Assembly (NCBI GenBank): GCA_964016885.1
Contig: OZ024750.1
Location: forward strand, 12,276,001 to 12,340,000
Direction of reading: 5' to 3'
DNA length: 64,000 bases
Source: Eledone cirrhosa
Taxonomy: Eukaryota
The notes beneath the pieces are model-generated. The model did no database searches, was not told the origin of the DNA, and worked only from the letters and a program-made list of their open reading frames with translations. Of the stretch, positions 12,053 through 25,000 are shown in pieces. Both the position numbers and the translations under genes were made by a program. Numbering within the stretch: position 1 is the first letter of the stretch; every line of letters begins with the position of its first letter.

Positions 12053-12603
12053 TACTGGTACTTTATTTTTATCGACCCCATAAGGACGAAAGGCAAAGTT
12101 AACCTCGGCGGGATTTGAACTCAGACCATAAAGAGCTGTAACTCTTTGCTGCAAAGCATGGCGTCCGACCCTCTACCAATACTTCCAATCCACCGCCCTC
12201 TGCCTGTATAATAATTGTTTCTACTTTAGGCACAAGGCCAACAATTACCCAGTATATTACTGGTACTTTATTTTATCGACCCCGTAAGGATGAAAGGCAA
12301 AGTCAACCTCGGCGGGATTTGAACTCAGATCGTTAAGGGACGTAACTATGCTGGAAAGCATGGCGTTGATGATTTATTATATTGAATTATGTTTTTAAGC
12401 ATCAGTAATATTTTTCATGCATCGTTAATATTTATATAGGCCTGGAGAGAGATGGGCTCCCCAGGCTTAAAATGTCCAAGAACCACTGTCCCTACGCTGT
12501 CCCTACAATTCCATCAGGAGTTACAGGACCATATCATACCCAATATTTATATATTCATTTTTTATAATGAATGATATGAAACAAGTATGCTTTGTTGGAT
12601 GTG

Positions 12604-12664
<61 letters not shown>

Positions 12665-12668
<4 letters not shown>

Positions 12669-12990
12669 GATGGGACATAGATAAGTTGAGAGAAAAACTG
12701 GGTATAGGAGGAATATCAGATGTAGTGTGCAAGTGAGAAAACTGCATTAGTATGGACATATGAATGATGGTTGCTCTGTAAAGAGGTACCAGGAAATACA
12801 AGCAGAAGGAAACTGCAGTAGAGGAAGACCAAGGAAAGCCTGGTCAGAGGTGATAGAGCTGATCTCAAACTGTTGAATCTCACAGAAAGGATGACAAAGA
12901 AACACAAGTGAAGGTATACTGTGATGGAGAGAGTTTATCCAACCTAGGTAAGCATAGAAAAGCAGACATAAAATGATGATGATGATGAAT
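12665..12990 (+). mobile_element. degraded RTE LINE 3' fragment
   Basis: Homologous to 26105-26472 (GNCSRGRPRKAW-like coding remnant). (GAT)n tail. Follows a (TG)n tract. Confidence 0.7.
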
Positions 12991-13829
12991 GGGGTGTATT
13001 TTGGTGTGTACTTACTCAACTCTTCAGTTAGTTAAACACCAACCTTTACATATACAATTTACAACACAATTATGCCTGACTTAAAGCAACAGCTTTTTAA
13101 TATATTCAAGTGTTTTTAAAATTACAGTGAATAGAATTAGTCTGTTTTGCTTTGAATCGGCTTAGAAAATAAAAACCTCTTTTATAGCAAAATCACAAAA
13201 ATTATATAGCAGGAGTTGTTTCCCTTGGTATTTATTCCTAATATTTGATAGTTTAACTTTATTTAACATTTCAATACAGTTTGGTGAAAGTAATATCTTA
13301 ATTAGTTTTATGAATAAATTAACGAAATAATTAATTAATTAACAAAATTAATCTTGAAAGTTTGTTTTCAAATTAATATTAGATTTAATATTTTATCTAA
13401 AAAAGATACAATATTGTTACATCTTGCTATTGTATATAAGACAAAAGTTAGCATTGGTATATTGACATGGAACTGGTCAGTCATTTCAATTATAATACAA
13501 CAAACCAAAACTAACATTCCACAGATTAAACTGTATATTTTTCAGCGTTTGTGTTACTCTGTAATATTTAATTATATATCTAAAACTTCCATACCACACT
13601 AGAAAGTCGACATATCCTAATATAACATAACACAACTCATTAATTTTAGTGAATCAAACATCTTTAAAAGTAATGAAGGACTGTAGTTGACAGATTATTT
13701 TGAATTTCTATTGGTTAAATGTAAGTTATGATTTCTTAGTTGTGAATTATACAATTTATGAGATATCGCAGTAAATTATACATGAGTGTAATAAGATAGT
13801 TGTTGATCAAAAGCTCAGTTGTTAAATGC

Positions 13830-14345
13830 TGCAGGAAAAAATGACCTGTAGGGGAACCCCTTGATTCAATCAGGAGATTATAGATGCCATCTAAGCAAAG
13901 AAGGAGACTTACAAAACTTGGCTTGGAAATAAGTCATCCTTCTTTCACTTGCAGTAAAAGCAGGTGTGAAAAGTCACAGCAGAGACAGTAAAATCATCCA
14001 AATTTAAGACATGGGAGGACTTTAGGGTTAAGATAGGATCCAGGAAGTATTCTGGCAGACCATCCACAATAAGAAGTCACACTCTACACCTGCTCTGCTG
14101 CCAGGAACTCATCTGGGGTTCTTCTCTCTTCAGAGAAAATATGTTGTTGATCTCCTAAATCAGGTCACAACAACATATTCTGATGTATGTGGTGAGGTGG
14201 GGCTGAAGTTACCAGAGCAATTAAAGAGCTCAAATGTGGCAAGGCCTCTGGAGAGAATGAAATTAAACCCTAAATGTTAAAAACCTTAAATAGAGAAAGT
14301 ATTCTCTGGCTGACTCATGTATGCTGGGTGGCCAGGAAACATTCC
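13830..14345 (+). pseudogene. Expander/Rex3-like RTE ORF remnant (region upstream of RT)
   Basis: Interrupted translation TP*FNQEIIDAI*AKKETYKTWL...KVFWQTI...KYVVDLLNQVT...AEVTRAIKELKCGKASGENEIKP*MLKTLNRESILWLTHVCWVA. Confidence 0.7.
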
Positions 14346-14936
14346 TTTCAGCAGGTCCCGTCAGAAGCAACCATCTCCAGCGAGACCAAACAAGTTCATG
14401 GATGTTATCCAACCATCATATGCTCGAGCTCTACCCCTGGGTCTCCTGCTGGTTGGTTTTGCTCATAAAGTCTGTCCAGTGATTCTTTCCTGAGACATAA
14501 CCACATCTGCATCAGAAACTAATATGAAAATATCCTAGGTTTAAACAATGGAACAAGTATAGTCAACACCAATGGATTAAAATTCTGAGAATGTTATTGA
14601 ATATACAGGTACCTGAAGAAAGTTTTAGGGTTCTATGACCAAATCACTGACTATAACAATGACCTTATGATCAGTCAATTGGTCGATTGTGAACTGAAAT
14701 CTAACCAATAAGCCACACACCTCTACTACTATATTAAGTTAGCATCAACCCTGCCATTTAGTTTTCTTGCAGAGCTATTATATATATATTTGGACAGAGA
14801 CTTGTCAGTTACCATTTGGTATAAAGTTTAATGAACTTAGTCAGAATTCAAGAGATATAAAGTTCAATTCTCTGTAGTAGCTGCTGCCATTTATTTTCTG
14901 TCTCTAAGGATATTTTACTTGATTTTCTAACATTAT

Positions 14937-15125
14937 TGGTGGATTGGCAATATCGGTAGAGGGTCGGACGCCATGCTTTGCAGCAAAGAGTTACGGCCCT
15001 TTATGGTCTGAGTTCAAATCCCGCTGAGGTTAACTTTGCCTTTCATCCTTACGGGGTCGATAAAATAAAGTACCAGTAATGCACTGGAGTAATTGCTGGC
15101 CTTGTGCCAAAAGTAGAAACAATTA
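14937..15125 (+). mobile_element. near full-length Meta-domain tRNA SINE (representative)
   Basis: A box TGGCAATATCGG, B box GTTCAAATCC, Meta block, and end AAACAATTAT. Other copies at ~5617-5830, 12213-12366, 18346-18533, 18884-19082, 31632-31736, 34741-34921, 43545-43730, 45480-45660, 53543-53731, 54050-54212, 57947-58248 and 61595-61745. Confidence 0.85.
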
Positions 15126-15209
15126 TCATTGTAGTGAATCTGTGTTTGGATTTAAATATTTCTAATTTAAAATTATCCAAACGTCTCAATAAATTGTAAT
15201 AAATTGTAA

Positions 15210-15256
15210 GGCTTCTACAAGACTAGAACTGTTTCATTCATATGAAATCATCAGGT
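15210..15256 (-). ncRNA. type I hammerhead ribozyme-like motif (stem I incomplete)
   Basis: Minus strand C-CTGATGA-TTTC-ATAT-GAAT-GAAA-CAG-TTCTAGTC-TTG-TA-GAAGCC has both core boxes, stems II and III, and a GUA triplet. Confidence 0.5.
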
Positions 15257-15271
15257 ATATTAAATCTATGT

Positions 15272-15319
<48 letters not shown>

Positions 15320-15591
15320 CTTTAAAGTTGGATAATTATGCCAACTTTTCTTTCTTTTTTGTCTAATGTGTCCTTTATTTAGGGTATAACTTAAGGGAGA
15401 TTTGGCTGCTATTTCTAGACAATCGAATGACTACTTAGAGGCTCCCTCATTGTCTCATATTAATGTTTGTATTTATAGAAGATGTGTTTTCAGAATCTAT
15501 GCCTTTTTAATAATACCTTAGCGTATATTTACACTTAGTAATCACTTTTGAGATTCTTTCTCACACAATATAATAATATTTTATTAAATAA

Positions 15592-15630
<39 letters not shown>

Positions 15631-16489
15631 AGTCGTCAAGTATGAAATTTTTAGAAATTTGTAGAAAGAAAACAAATTTCTACAAATTTCATACTTGACA
15701 ACCCAATATAAAATATGCAATCTTTATTCAAATTCAATCTTAGATTTATCCATCAAAATTTAATATAAATCATGATAGTTTCAAACAATTATATATCTGC
15801 AATAAATGTATGATCCCTACCACCACCACCACCACCAACAACAACAACTGCCCCCTACCCTGGTTTTACAGTCATCCATTGTCCAGTGTTAAAGTAATCT
15901 TTTTGTCACTGCATTTCTTCCCACTATTTGTCTTGTTTCAAATGCTTTACATTCTATGTACACACTGTACACACGCTATCTCAGTTCCCAAGTTAATATT
16001 GTATTTCAGTCACCTGACACTTTTACTGGTGTTTTTCTTCATATATTTGCATGTCTATCTTTAAAGTCAGTTGATTTTGAAACAGCTCTGAAGCAGCTCA
16101 TCAACACACGTCAATTCTTCTTCTTTTGATATTCTTATTGTTGTTATTATTGATGATATGTGTTATCTCTCTCTTTCTTTCTCTCTCTCTATAGCTTTAT
16201 TTATTACACTGTTTAATTTTCTACTAATGCTGCTATGTTCTGCAGTATTTTAAATCAACTGACATTTCTCAAACATAAGCTAACACCTTGATAAACAGCT
16301 ATGAGAAATTAATATATGTAATAGCATGTTAGATTCTAGCTAAAAAAAATGTCTCAATCACCACTATTAGATATTATCTTCACACATCAGCCTGAGGTTT
16401 AAAGAATATCTCCATATAGTTTTGTTTGTTCAGATAATATTACACTAAAGGAAAATAACAAAAAACAATAAATAACATAATGATAGTGG

Positions 16490-16705
16490 CAACAGTGGTG
16501 GAGGTGGTGGTGGTGGATGTTGTTGGTGGTGGTGTTGGTGGTGGTGTTGGTGTTGGTGAAACTGGTGGTGGTCGTTAGTGGTGGTGTTGGTGGTGGTGAA
16601 AGTGGTGGTGTTGGTGGTGGTGAAAGTGTTGGTGGTTGTTAGTGGTGGTGGTTGTTAGTGGTAGTGTTGCTGGTGGGGAAACTGGTGGTGGTGTTGCTGA
16701 TGGTA
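16490..16705. repeat. degenerate (GGT)n microsatellite
   Basis: Visible directly. Confidence 0.9.
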
Positions 16706-17157
16706 TATATACACATTTAATCCCTCTAAATGCAATATGAATCCTGAAGCATCACAATTTGAATCTTATAAAATAGATAATGTGTTTATTATTTATGAGA
16801 TTAGTTTTATCAGTAAAATGATTAAAAACTTTCATCTAATCAAATTGAGCCAATAAATAAGTTTTGGGCACCTTAAGCAGGAATAAAGATTTTATTACAA
16901 TTTAAGGAATAATGGAATGGTTTGAAAGAATTAAAATGAATAGAAAATGATTAGAATCCTATAAATATCAGAGGGCAACGAGGTTTTATGAAGTATCACA
17001 TATAACTGTTTAGAAGAATTGCTGTGAGATTTTATTGGAAATTTATTGTTGGGGAGTTTACATTCTGTTCCTTTCATGAAGAAAATTCAAACTGGCTGAA
17101 GTAGATTACATACTAACATATGGGGTTATTTCACAAATGTAAGGCACACAGGTCATA

Positions 17158-17216
<59 letters not shown>

Positions 17217-17247
17217 TATTGTAGTGATTGTTTTGTAAGGTTGATTG

Positions 17248-17632
17248 AAGAGGGGAGTGTGGGAGGGAGGGATGAATGGAGAGAAGGTGAGAGTGGGTGG
17301 GAGGGGGAATGCAGAGAGTGGGAGGGAGGGATGAATGGAGAGAAGGTGAGAGTGGGTGCGAGGGTGGGAATGGAGAGAAGGTGAAGGTGGGGCAGAGATG
17401 AATGGAGAGGGGGGGGGGGGGGTGAGGGTGAGATGAAGGGAGAGAGGGTGAGAGTGAGATGAAGGGAGAGAGGGTGAGATGAAAGGAGAGGGGGTGAGGG
17501 TGAGATGCCGAGAGAGAAAGGGTAAGGTAGAGATGAATGGAGAGAGAGGAGAGGATGAAGGGAGAGAGAGGGGTAAGGCAGAGAGTGGGGAGAGAGAGAT
17601 GAATGGAGAGAGGAGGGAGAGACGGTAAGAGA

Positions 17633-17669
<37 letters not shown>

Positions 17670-17720
17670 TGAGAGAGAGAGATATAGACGGTGAGAGAGA
17701 GAGACAGTAGGAGAAAGATG
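17248..17720. repeat. purine-rich GA/GGA low-complexity tract
   Basis: Repeated GGGAGGGAGGGATGAATGGAGAGAAGGTGAGAGT-like units, a long G run, and (GA)n. Confidence 0.9.
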
Positions 17721-17859
17721 AAATCTATTTACCTCAAATTATTTAGCAAGACAAAATAGCAACAAGTCCATACTAGAATATGATAACTAAACAAATATAC
17801 TTTCTGGCTAAATCTTTAGATACAGACCAGCTGAGCTTTTAAATAGGATTGTATTGCAT

Positions 17860-17926
<67 letters not shown>

Positions 17927-18158
17927 CTCTTGAGGTCACTGGTTGTGACTTGGTGATAACTCGTATGAACATAAAGCAAGATAAATGCAATTGTAATAAT
18001 AATAATAATAATAAACGTGAAGACTAAAATCCAAAGAGAGCTCGATAAGGATAAATATTTTCGAAATATTTACTTCTGCATTCACAGATGGATTTTTTTA
18101 GTTTCAGAAGATCCCATTAAGGGTGAAAGCAGCGATTCTTTGCTTAAACTTTAATCTG

Positions 18159-18207
<49 letters not shown>

Positions 18208-18209
<2 letters not shown>

Positions 18210-18303
18210 AACGAGTAGGGCCCCGACGGCTGAGCTCAAGCCGTTTCGACGGCTAATTCTGGACGTTATGGTCCACCTGGTTCCTTACCACATTTCCTTC
18301 GTT
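18208..18303. mobile_element. short Penelope-like element fragment in (TA)n (family A)
   Basis: Homologous to 36367-36568, 38180-38246 and 33178-33325. Minus strand carries GAAAC-GGCT-TGAGCTC-AGCC-GTC. Confidence 0.55.
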
Positions 18304-18311
18304 ATATATAT

Positions 18312-18342
<31 letters not shown>

Positions 18343-20059
18343 CATTAATTGTTTCTACTTTTGGCACAAGGCCAGCAATTACCCAGTGCATTACTGGTAC
18401 TTTATTTCGTCGACCCCATGAGGATGAAAGGCAAAGTTAACCTTGGCGGGCTTTGAACTCAGAATGGCAAGGGACGTAACTCTATGCGTCAAAGCATGGC
18501 GTCCGACCCTCTACCGATACTGCCAATCCACCGATACATTAATACAGACCAGCTGAGGTCTTAAATAGTATTGTATTTTGACAAGCATGTATATATGTGA
18601 CTAAGTTGCTAAAGCTTAAATAAATGTATTCCACATGTCACCACCATAAATGAAACTTAAGGGTCAGTATGCCTGATGGTCCCATCAGACAAGATGGAGA
18701 AAACATTGTCTTGGAGGATGGCAAGGGAGACATGCTGGAACAGTAACTCCACCTGAAAAATTAATAAGCGGGGAGAGGGATGACGATTATTTGAGATCCG
18801 ATAGTGATTATTTATTGTCGTAATTTTGAATTCCAATCCAACCAAGTTTAGCTGAGCTTTCACTCACATGACTCACCACCTTGGCTGGATTGGCAGTATC
18901 AGTAGAGAGTCGGACAGCATACTTTGCAGCATAGAGTTATGGCCCTTTATGATCTAAATTCAAATCCTACCGAGGTTAACTTTGCCTTTCATCCTTACAG
19001 TGTCGATAAAATACCAGTGTCGATAAAGTACCAGCAACGTAATAGGTAAATGCTGGCCTTGTGCCAAAAGTAGAAACAATTATTTACTAAAGCAAATAAT
19101 GAATGCAATAGCCAGTGAGATAAGTGATAAATAAAATAGCTCATATGTGAGAGTGTAATCTAATATTTAATGTTTGAACAGAATTGTATGTGTGGGCCTG
19201 GTGATATTGGTGTTGGTGGTGTTGGTGAGGAGATCATACAACAACAGCTATATCAACAATAAAGTGCTGATGAAGTAGATAGTGAACAACCAATGAAGGT
19301 GAAATAAAAGGTAGCACATCAAACAGTAAATTGATTTAATTCATTCCATTCATCTGTTTATCTTTACCTGACTTGTTGTTTCTAGGTAGAGCCAACTGAC
19401 CAGGATGTCGTTGCCATGTGTTATTATGACTTACAGTTAGAAAGCTGTACATGACAGAAGTAATATTTCTAAATGCTAATTCTATTTCATCTGTATCCCT
19501 AAGGATTACTAAATGGGTTTATGATTAAAAATTTACTGAGTCATTGATAGATATCTTAAACTAGGCTTCAACTGAACCAATAGTATATTTGTCATTACAG
19601 TCTGATATGAAAAGATTCATAACCTTCTGCCATATACCATTGTTACCATTGTGTATAATTTCCATTTTTTAATTGCCATTCATATGACATCCAGCCTTGG
19701 ATTTTATTTGGATCTATAAGCTACAGTTTGATGTTATCCAAGAAACTAATGTAACATCTCCATAGACACATTTTATAACTATCCACTCTCTACTGTATTC
19801 TAATTATATTTTTCTCTTCACATGTTCCAAAATTTCTAGCTAACAATACGATATTAGTGAATTCATGAACTGATTATTTTCATGTTAGAGAAATTTCTTA
19901 TTTCTTTCCTTAATTATGAATAATAAATGTTACCGTCTCCTGCAAAAACCTGTTTCTGTTACTTAAAAGCTTCTTACAGCCACATAACAATATGGAGGAT
20001 ATAAAAAGAAAAAGAAATTCAGGATTTTCATTTTCTCTTGATTTAGTCTACATATTCCC

Positions 20060-20292
20060 TGGTTGAGCTCATGAAAGAACCTTTAGATGATCTCTCAGCT
20101 TGTGAAAAATAACAATCAAATCTCATTTAAAACTACACCCTACTATCTTGTAAAAATGGACACATTTGATAATGTTGTCCAAGGTACATGATACTTGATG
20201 AAAAAATTATAGAATTGTCATTACTTGAATAAATTTGATCATAGATCTGCTGGATCAGAGCTGGCTTGAGACTAAACAACAGAAAACCAACA
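20060..20292 (+). repeat. unclassified interspersed repeat with (AAC)n-like tail
   Basis: Related copies at ~38980-39170, 47610-47790 and (minus) 43380-43480. Confidence 0.55.
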
Positions 20293-22496
20293 TTTAACCC
20301 TTTAGTATTTACATTACTCTATATATACTGACTAAGGGCAGAAGAACTCAAAGAGTCAACGGCCATCTAAAAAAATAAATAAAAAATCCTGCCAAATCAA
20401 TGGGTGGCAATAGTTCCAGCTACACACATGGAAAAACTGGTGTAGTGGTTCTGAGAACAATGCGGCTTTGCAGATGATCAATGCAAATTGACAATGGAAA
20501 GGCGCTCCCGCTCAAGTTAGAACTATTGACCTTCAGGAGAAGTAGCGACCCCTGATTGTATTCAGCAACAGAAACAAATGACGAAGTACACCAAATCCAA
20601 TGCTCCTAGGGGCGGCTCTGGTTCTTCTTATTTACGAGTGTAAACTCAGCCAGATTAGATTAGAGATTATATATACTATTGTATTTTCATTAAAATTAAT
20701 ATAGAAACGTTTAGTAATTCTAAAATGTTAGTGATTTACTAGGTAATTTATTGCCATGATTCACAGATGACTCAAGATAAAAGTACTCAGTTTTATTTTA
20801 CTATGAATTCATTTTGATTTTAAGTAAATTTTTTTTTTTTTATATTGATCACCTGAATTTCAGATATTTTATTAGTCTTTTTTTTTTTGTAATTCTGACA
20901 GATACAAAAAATAAGTAAAAAGAAAGTTCAAAGAAATGCTTGATGTTGAACGATGTTAATTTGTATTTGCAAATAATAACTTGCACTATAATTACAAACA
21001 TGTTCATTAGATATAGAAAACTTTTTCTCATCTCAAATTAATTTTACATATTCGAAGAAAAATAAAACGAAAAACAAAGAACAAAAAAAAAACACAAGAA
21101 AATAACAAAAAAACAAAAACAAAAACAAACAAAGAGCTAACCTTTCACAATCGAAGATATTTTATAAAGAGAGAAATCTAATTAATGAACAAGAGAAGAG
21201 AATCTAGTAAAAAATAACATTTCATGGTTTTAGAAATAAATATTAAAGTAAATAAATAAATTCTAAATAACATTTATATGATCCATTCTTTTAGAACTGA
21301 CAATTATAAATGAAAATATTTGAAAATGACACATTTCAAAATGTTTTGGAAGGTCTCAGTAGAAATTTGAATGACACAACAAAATATTTTGCCACAACAA
21401 ATATTTATCATTAATTTCTATCAAGAAATTTTGAATTATTTACACAGAAATAAATATTTGCATCTATTTATATATAATATTATCCATTTCACTTTGTTGT
21501 TAATGCTTTTATTTTCAATGTTTTACTCTTATTTATGCATGCAAACAATAGTATGGTTGGGGAAGCTTTTGTAAATCTGGTTGTTGTATATAATTCAAGG
21601 CAACAATTTACATTAGGCTGGTCTTCAATTCAATTCATTTGTATTGACATAGAGAATGTTTTGACACTTTCTATGGATCTACTAAAGTGTGATAGTATTT
21701 AGTGTTAGTTAACCAGGATGAGTAACAAAGGCAAGCAGAATAATAAGCTATGATAAGAGGCACCACATAATGGTTGTACAGACCTTTACATTTATGACTA
21801 TTTGGTCAATAGAGAAGCACTTAATAACGACAGTAACAACACCTATACAATAAATTCTAAACATTTCATTGAGACATGCCTTATTCTCCATCAATAAGAC
21901 TACCATAAACTAAATTTCTTAATTCTCCCTGCATTTACAATGTAGAAATGAAATCTCTGCCCTTAGAGAAAAGTGTGTACCAAAATACAATATAGTAATT
22001 GATATTTTATAATATCAAAATAGTAGCTGATATTAGTAGTTGCTATTATTTTTTTTATATTAATCTTGATTTTATTATTGTTGGTATTGTTACATTAGTT
22101 ATCTCTCTACATAACTACATAAACCGAGTTTTAGCTGTATTAAGGTTTTTGATGATACCAGTATCAAAGATTTCTATTGTATTTCTCTTCTCTTCATACT
22201 ATCCCACTTTTAATGAAAATATACTGTTTCCCTGTTTTAGGGATACTTATTCATTCATTTCATCATTTATGTCCAATACATAATAATTCTCCATCCTATA
22301 CACAAACATCCATAGCCTTCTAGTAACCAGAACACCACCCACCACTCATTACTAACAAAAAATCCTTCATATGATCTCCCTTTGAGTCATTAATCTCTCA
22401 ACTTCCATTTCTACCTCATCTCTGCTATAATAACTTCTCAATCTGAAGTGGAGCCACTACTTCTCTGAATTGAGAGATCACAGCTCCGATACTATG

Positions 22497-22668
22497 AAGT
22501 TTTCAAGATTTCTCTAAAGTGGACTCTGCCATAAAGTTTTCAAGATTTCTCTAAAGTGGACTACTGCATGAAGTTTGAAAGATTTATCTAAAGTGGACTC
22601 CTCCATAAAGTTTGGTAGATTTCTCTAAAGTGGACTCTACCATAAAGATTTCAAGATTTCTCTAAAGT
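22497..22668. repeat. 37-bp minisatellite, ~4.6 copies
   Basis: Unit AAGTTTTCAAGATTTCTCTAAAGTGGACTCTGCCATA starts at 22497 and 22534. Confidence 0.9.
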
Positions 22669-22699
22669 ATCTTTGGATCATTATTACTTGATTAGTCTT

Positions 22700-22860
22700 T
22701 TGTAATTTTTGTCTAGAAACAATTTTAATCTTAATCCAATATCAGTAAGTAACTGCTCTAGCAAGAGACACACAGATCATTACAGCTCTGGAATATGGAA
22801 TACACTGCCAATAGATATTAAGAATCTCAGACTTCAAAAGGAAATTGCAAGCCCCACCTC
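22700..22860 (+). mobile_element. possible L2/CR1-group LINE ORF2 C-terminal remnant
   Basis: IWNTLPIDIK resembles the WNxLP motif at the end of L2/CR1-group ORF2. This single motif is the only support. Confidence 0.3.
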
Positions 22861-23574
22861 CCTTCTTTTCATCATCCCAAAATATTATTTTCAAACAGCA
22901 GAGATGATAACATATTCTTAATGCAGTGTACAATTGAACAGCATTATAAACCACTAATTTATTGGCAAACTGAGCTAAAGCTACATACCATGCAGTTTTC
23001 TTCTTCTTCTTTGATGAAAGATTTTAAAATTGTATCACTGAAGGATTTACACACCATCTCTACTTTTGATTCAATGGAGAACAAATATGCAGAGTTCAGC
23101 ATTATATTGAATATTTAGACAGGTAAAAGAAAAGTAGGATATTTCTTCTACTAGATACACATATATAGATTCAGCAACTGATACTAACATATCTTTCAAT
23201 ACTATTTCGACATATTTGTTATTTTCTGAAATATCCTTCAATACTATTTCAACATATTTGTTATATTCTGTAATATTTATAAATACGAAATGGACATGAA
23301 TGAAATAGATAACAAGATGTAAGAGATGTAGGGTTATTTCTTTCTCTTTCTTTCTTTCCTCTCTTTATAGCCATGTATAACATTAAAATATTAAAAAAGT
23401 GCATATAAAAAATACGATACATTATTTACAAAAAATATGATACATTATTGAGAATGTGTTAATCAGGCTAGTGAAGGCATTGAGAAGGATTAATTGTAGT
23501 TTTTAAGAAGGATTATAGTAAAAAAAAACCTATAATCCTTGAATATATAAGATTCAAAGTGGGTTGCTATAAGG

Positions 23575-24202
23575 ACTTGAGGATGTGTGAGACAGATTGT
23601 GTGGCACAAGCAGTGTGACAGAGGCTATGAGACAGGGGATGTGTGACAGAGGCTGTGTGACCTAAACAGTGTGACACAGTGTGGCAGAGACATTGAGGCA
23701 GAGGTTGTGTGTCAAAGATTGTGTGGTTCAGACTGCGTTGTAAGACTGTGTTGTATAGACTGTGTGGCCCAGACTGTGTGACACAGAGGCTGTGTGGCAC
23801 AGGTTGTGTTGTATAGACTGTGTGGCACAGAGGCTGTGTGGCACAGGTTGTGTTGTATAGACTGTGTGGCACAGAGGCTGTGTGGCACAGGTTGTGTTGT
23901 ATAGACTGTGTGGCACAGGTTGTGTTGTATAGACTGTGTGGCACAGAGGCTGTGTGGCACAGGTTGTGTTGTATAGACTGTGTGGCACAGAGGCTGTGTG
24001 GCACAGGTTGTGTTGTATAGACTGTGTGACACAGAGGCTGTGTGGCACAGGTTGTGTTGTATAAACTGTGTAACACAGAGGCTGTGTGGCACAGGTTGTG
24101 TTGTATAGACTGTGTAACACAGAGGCTGTGTGGCACAGGTTGTGTTGTATAGACTGTGTGGCACAGATTATGTGGCACAGACTGTGTTGTATAGACTGTG
24201 CT
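23575..24202. repeat. 44-bp (16+28) minisatellite with degenerate 16-bp units at the left end
   Basis: CTGTGTGGCACAGAGG + CTGTGTGGCACAGGTTGTGTTGTATAGA repeated. Explains the overlapping ORFs at 23567-24286. Confidence 0.95.
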
Positions 24203-25000
24203 GGCATGTTGGAAAAGTCCATGGCAAAATGTCCTTCTATACCTGTTCTATTTATGTTTGATGAAAGCTTGAAAAAAGTGAAATGAGAAAATTAAAATAT
24301 TTGTTGTGTAAAACAGAGTTATTTATTTGTCAAAGGTTGGATTTGAAGCTACAACTACAGTAAAATCTTTGGATGATTTGTTGAAATCATGAAGTTAACT
24401 GAAGAATAATTATAAGTTGAATAAAGCAAAAATTGGAAACTACAAGAGGTCTGTGTATACTGAAAGATTAGGCAGAATAAATTGTTAGTTGTGATGGTAT
24501 GTGTTGAGAGCTATGTCAAAGTGAAAGCAAGAGAGATAGGCTAATGACGTAAGGGAAAGCTTACAGAGAGTTAGAGATTGCCATGACAAGCTATTGTAGT
24601 TAACTGACTTGCAACCAGTAATAGCTGATGACCATTGTCAACTCTCATGTTATCAGACATCTGATACCAAATGAGAGAGGAGGGACTGCTGACAACACCA
24701 TCTTTTATACAAGAAGGGGATATCATGCTGTGTTTAGCAAGATTTTGTGCTAAAATTAATTATTCATTAAGTTGCAGATATGGTGATATGAAAATAAATA
24801 GTTTCATACTATAATAAGCTGGCTAATGTATGATTTCCCTACAAATACATTATATATTTCACCTTTTTCTACAATATTCATATATGAAAAAATTTCAACA
24901 TAATACTTTTATTTTATCAACCCCAGAAGGATGAAAAGCAAAGTTGTCCTCAGCAAGATTATTATTACTACTACTACTACTACTACTACTACATATATAT

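Noticed and set aside
14115-14165. GFFSLQRKYVVDLL resembling the Copia RT motif LSQxKY..DLL
   Set aside because: The flanking translation on both sides fits an Expander-like RTE ORF (REYFxDLLNPV position), which explains it better.
23567-24286. Cys/His/Thr-rich repetitive ORFs up to 203 aa
   Set aside because: They come from a 44-bp minisatellite (not a multiple of 3) that is open in several frames, with no splice or codon support.
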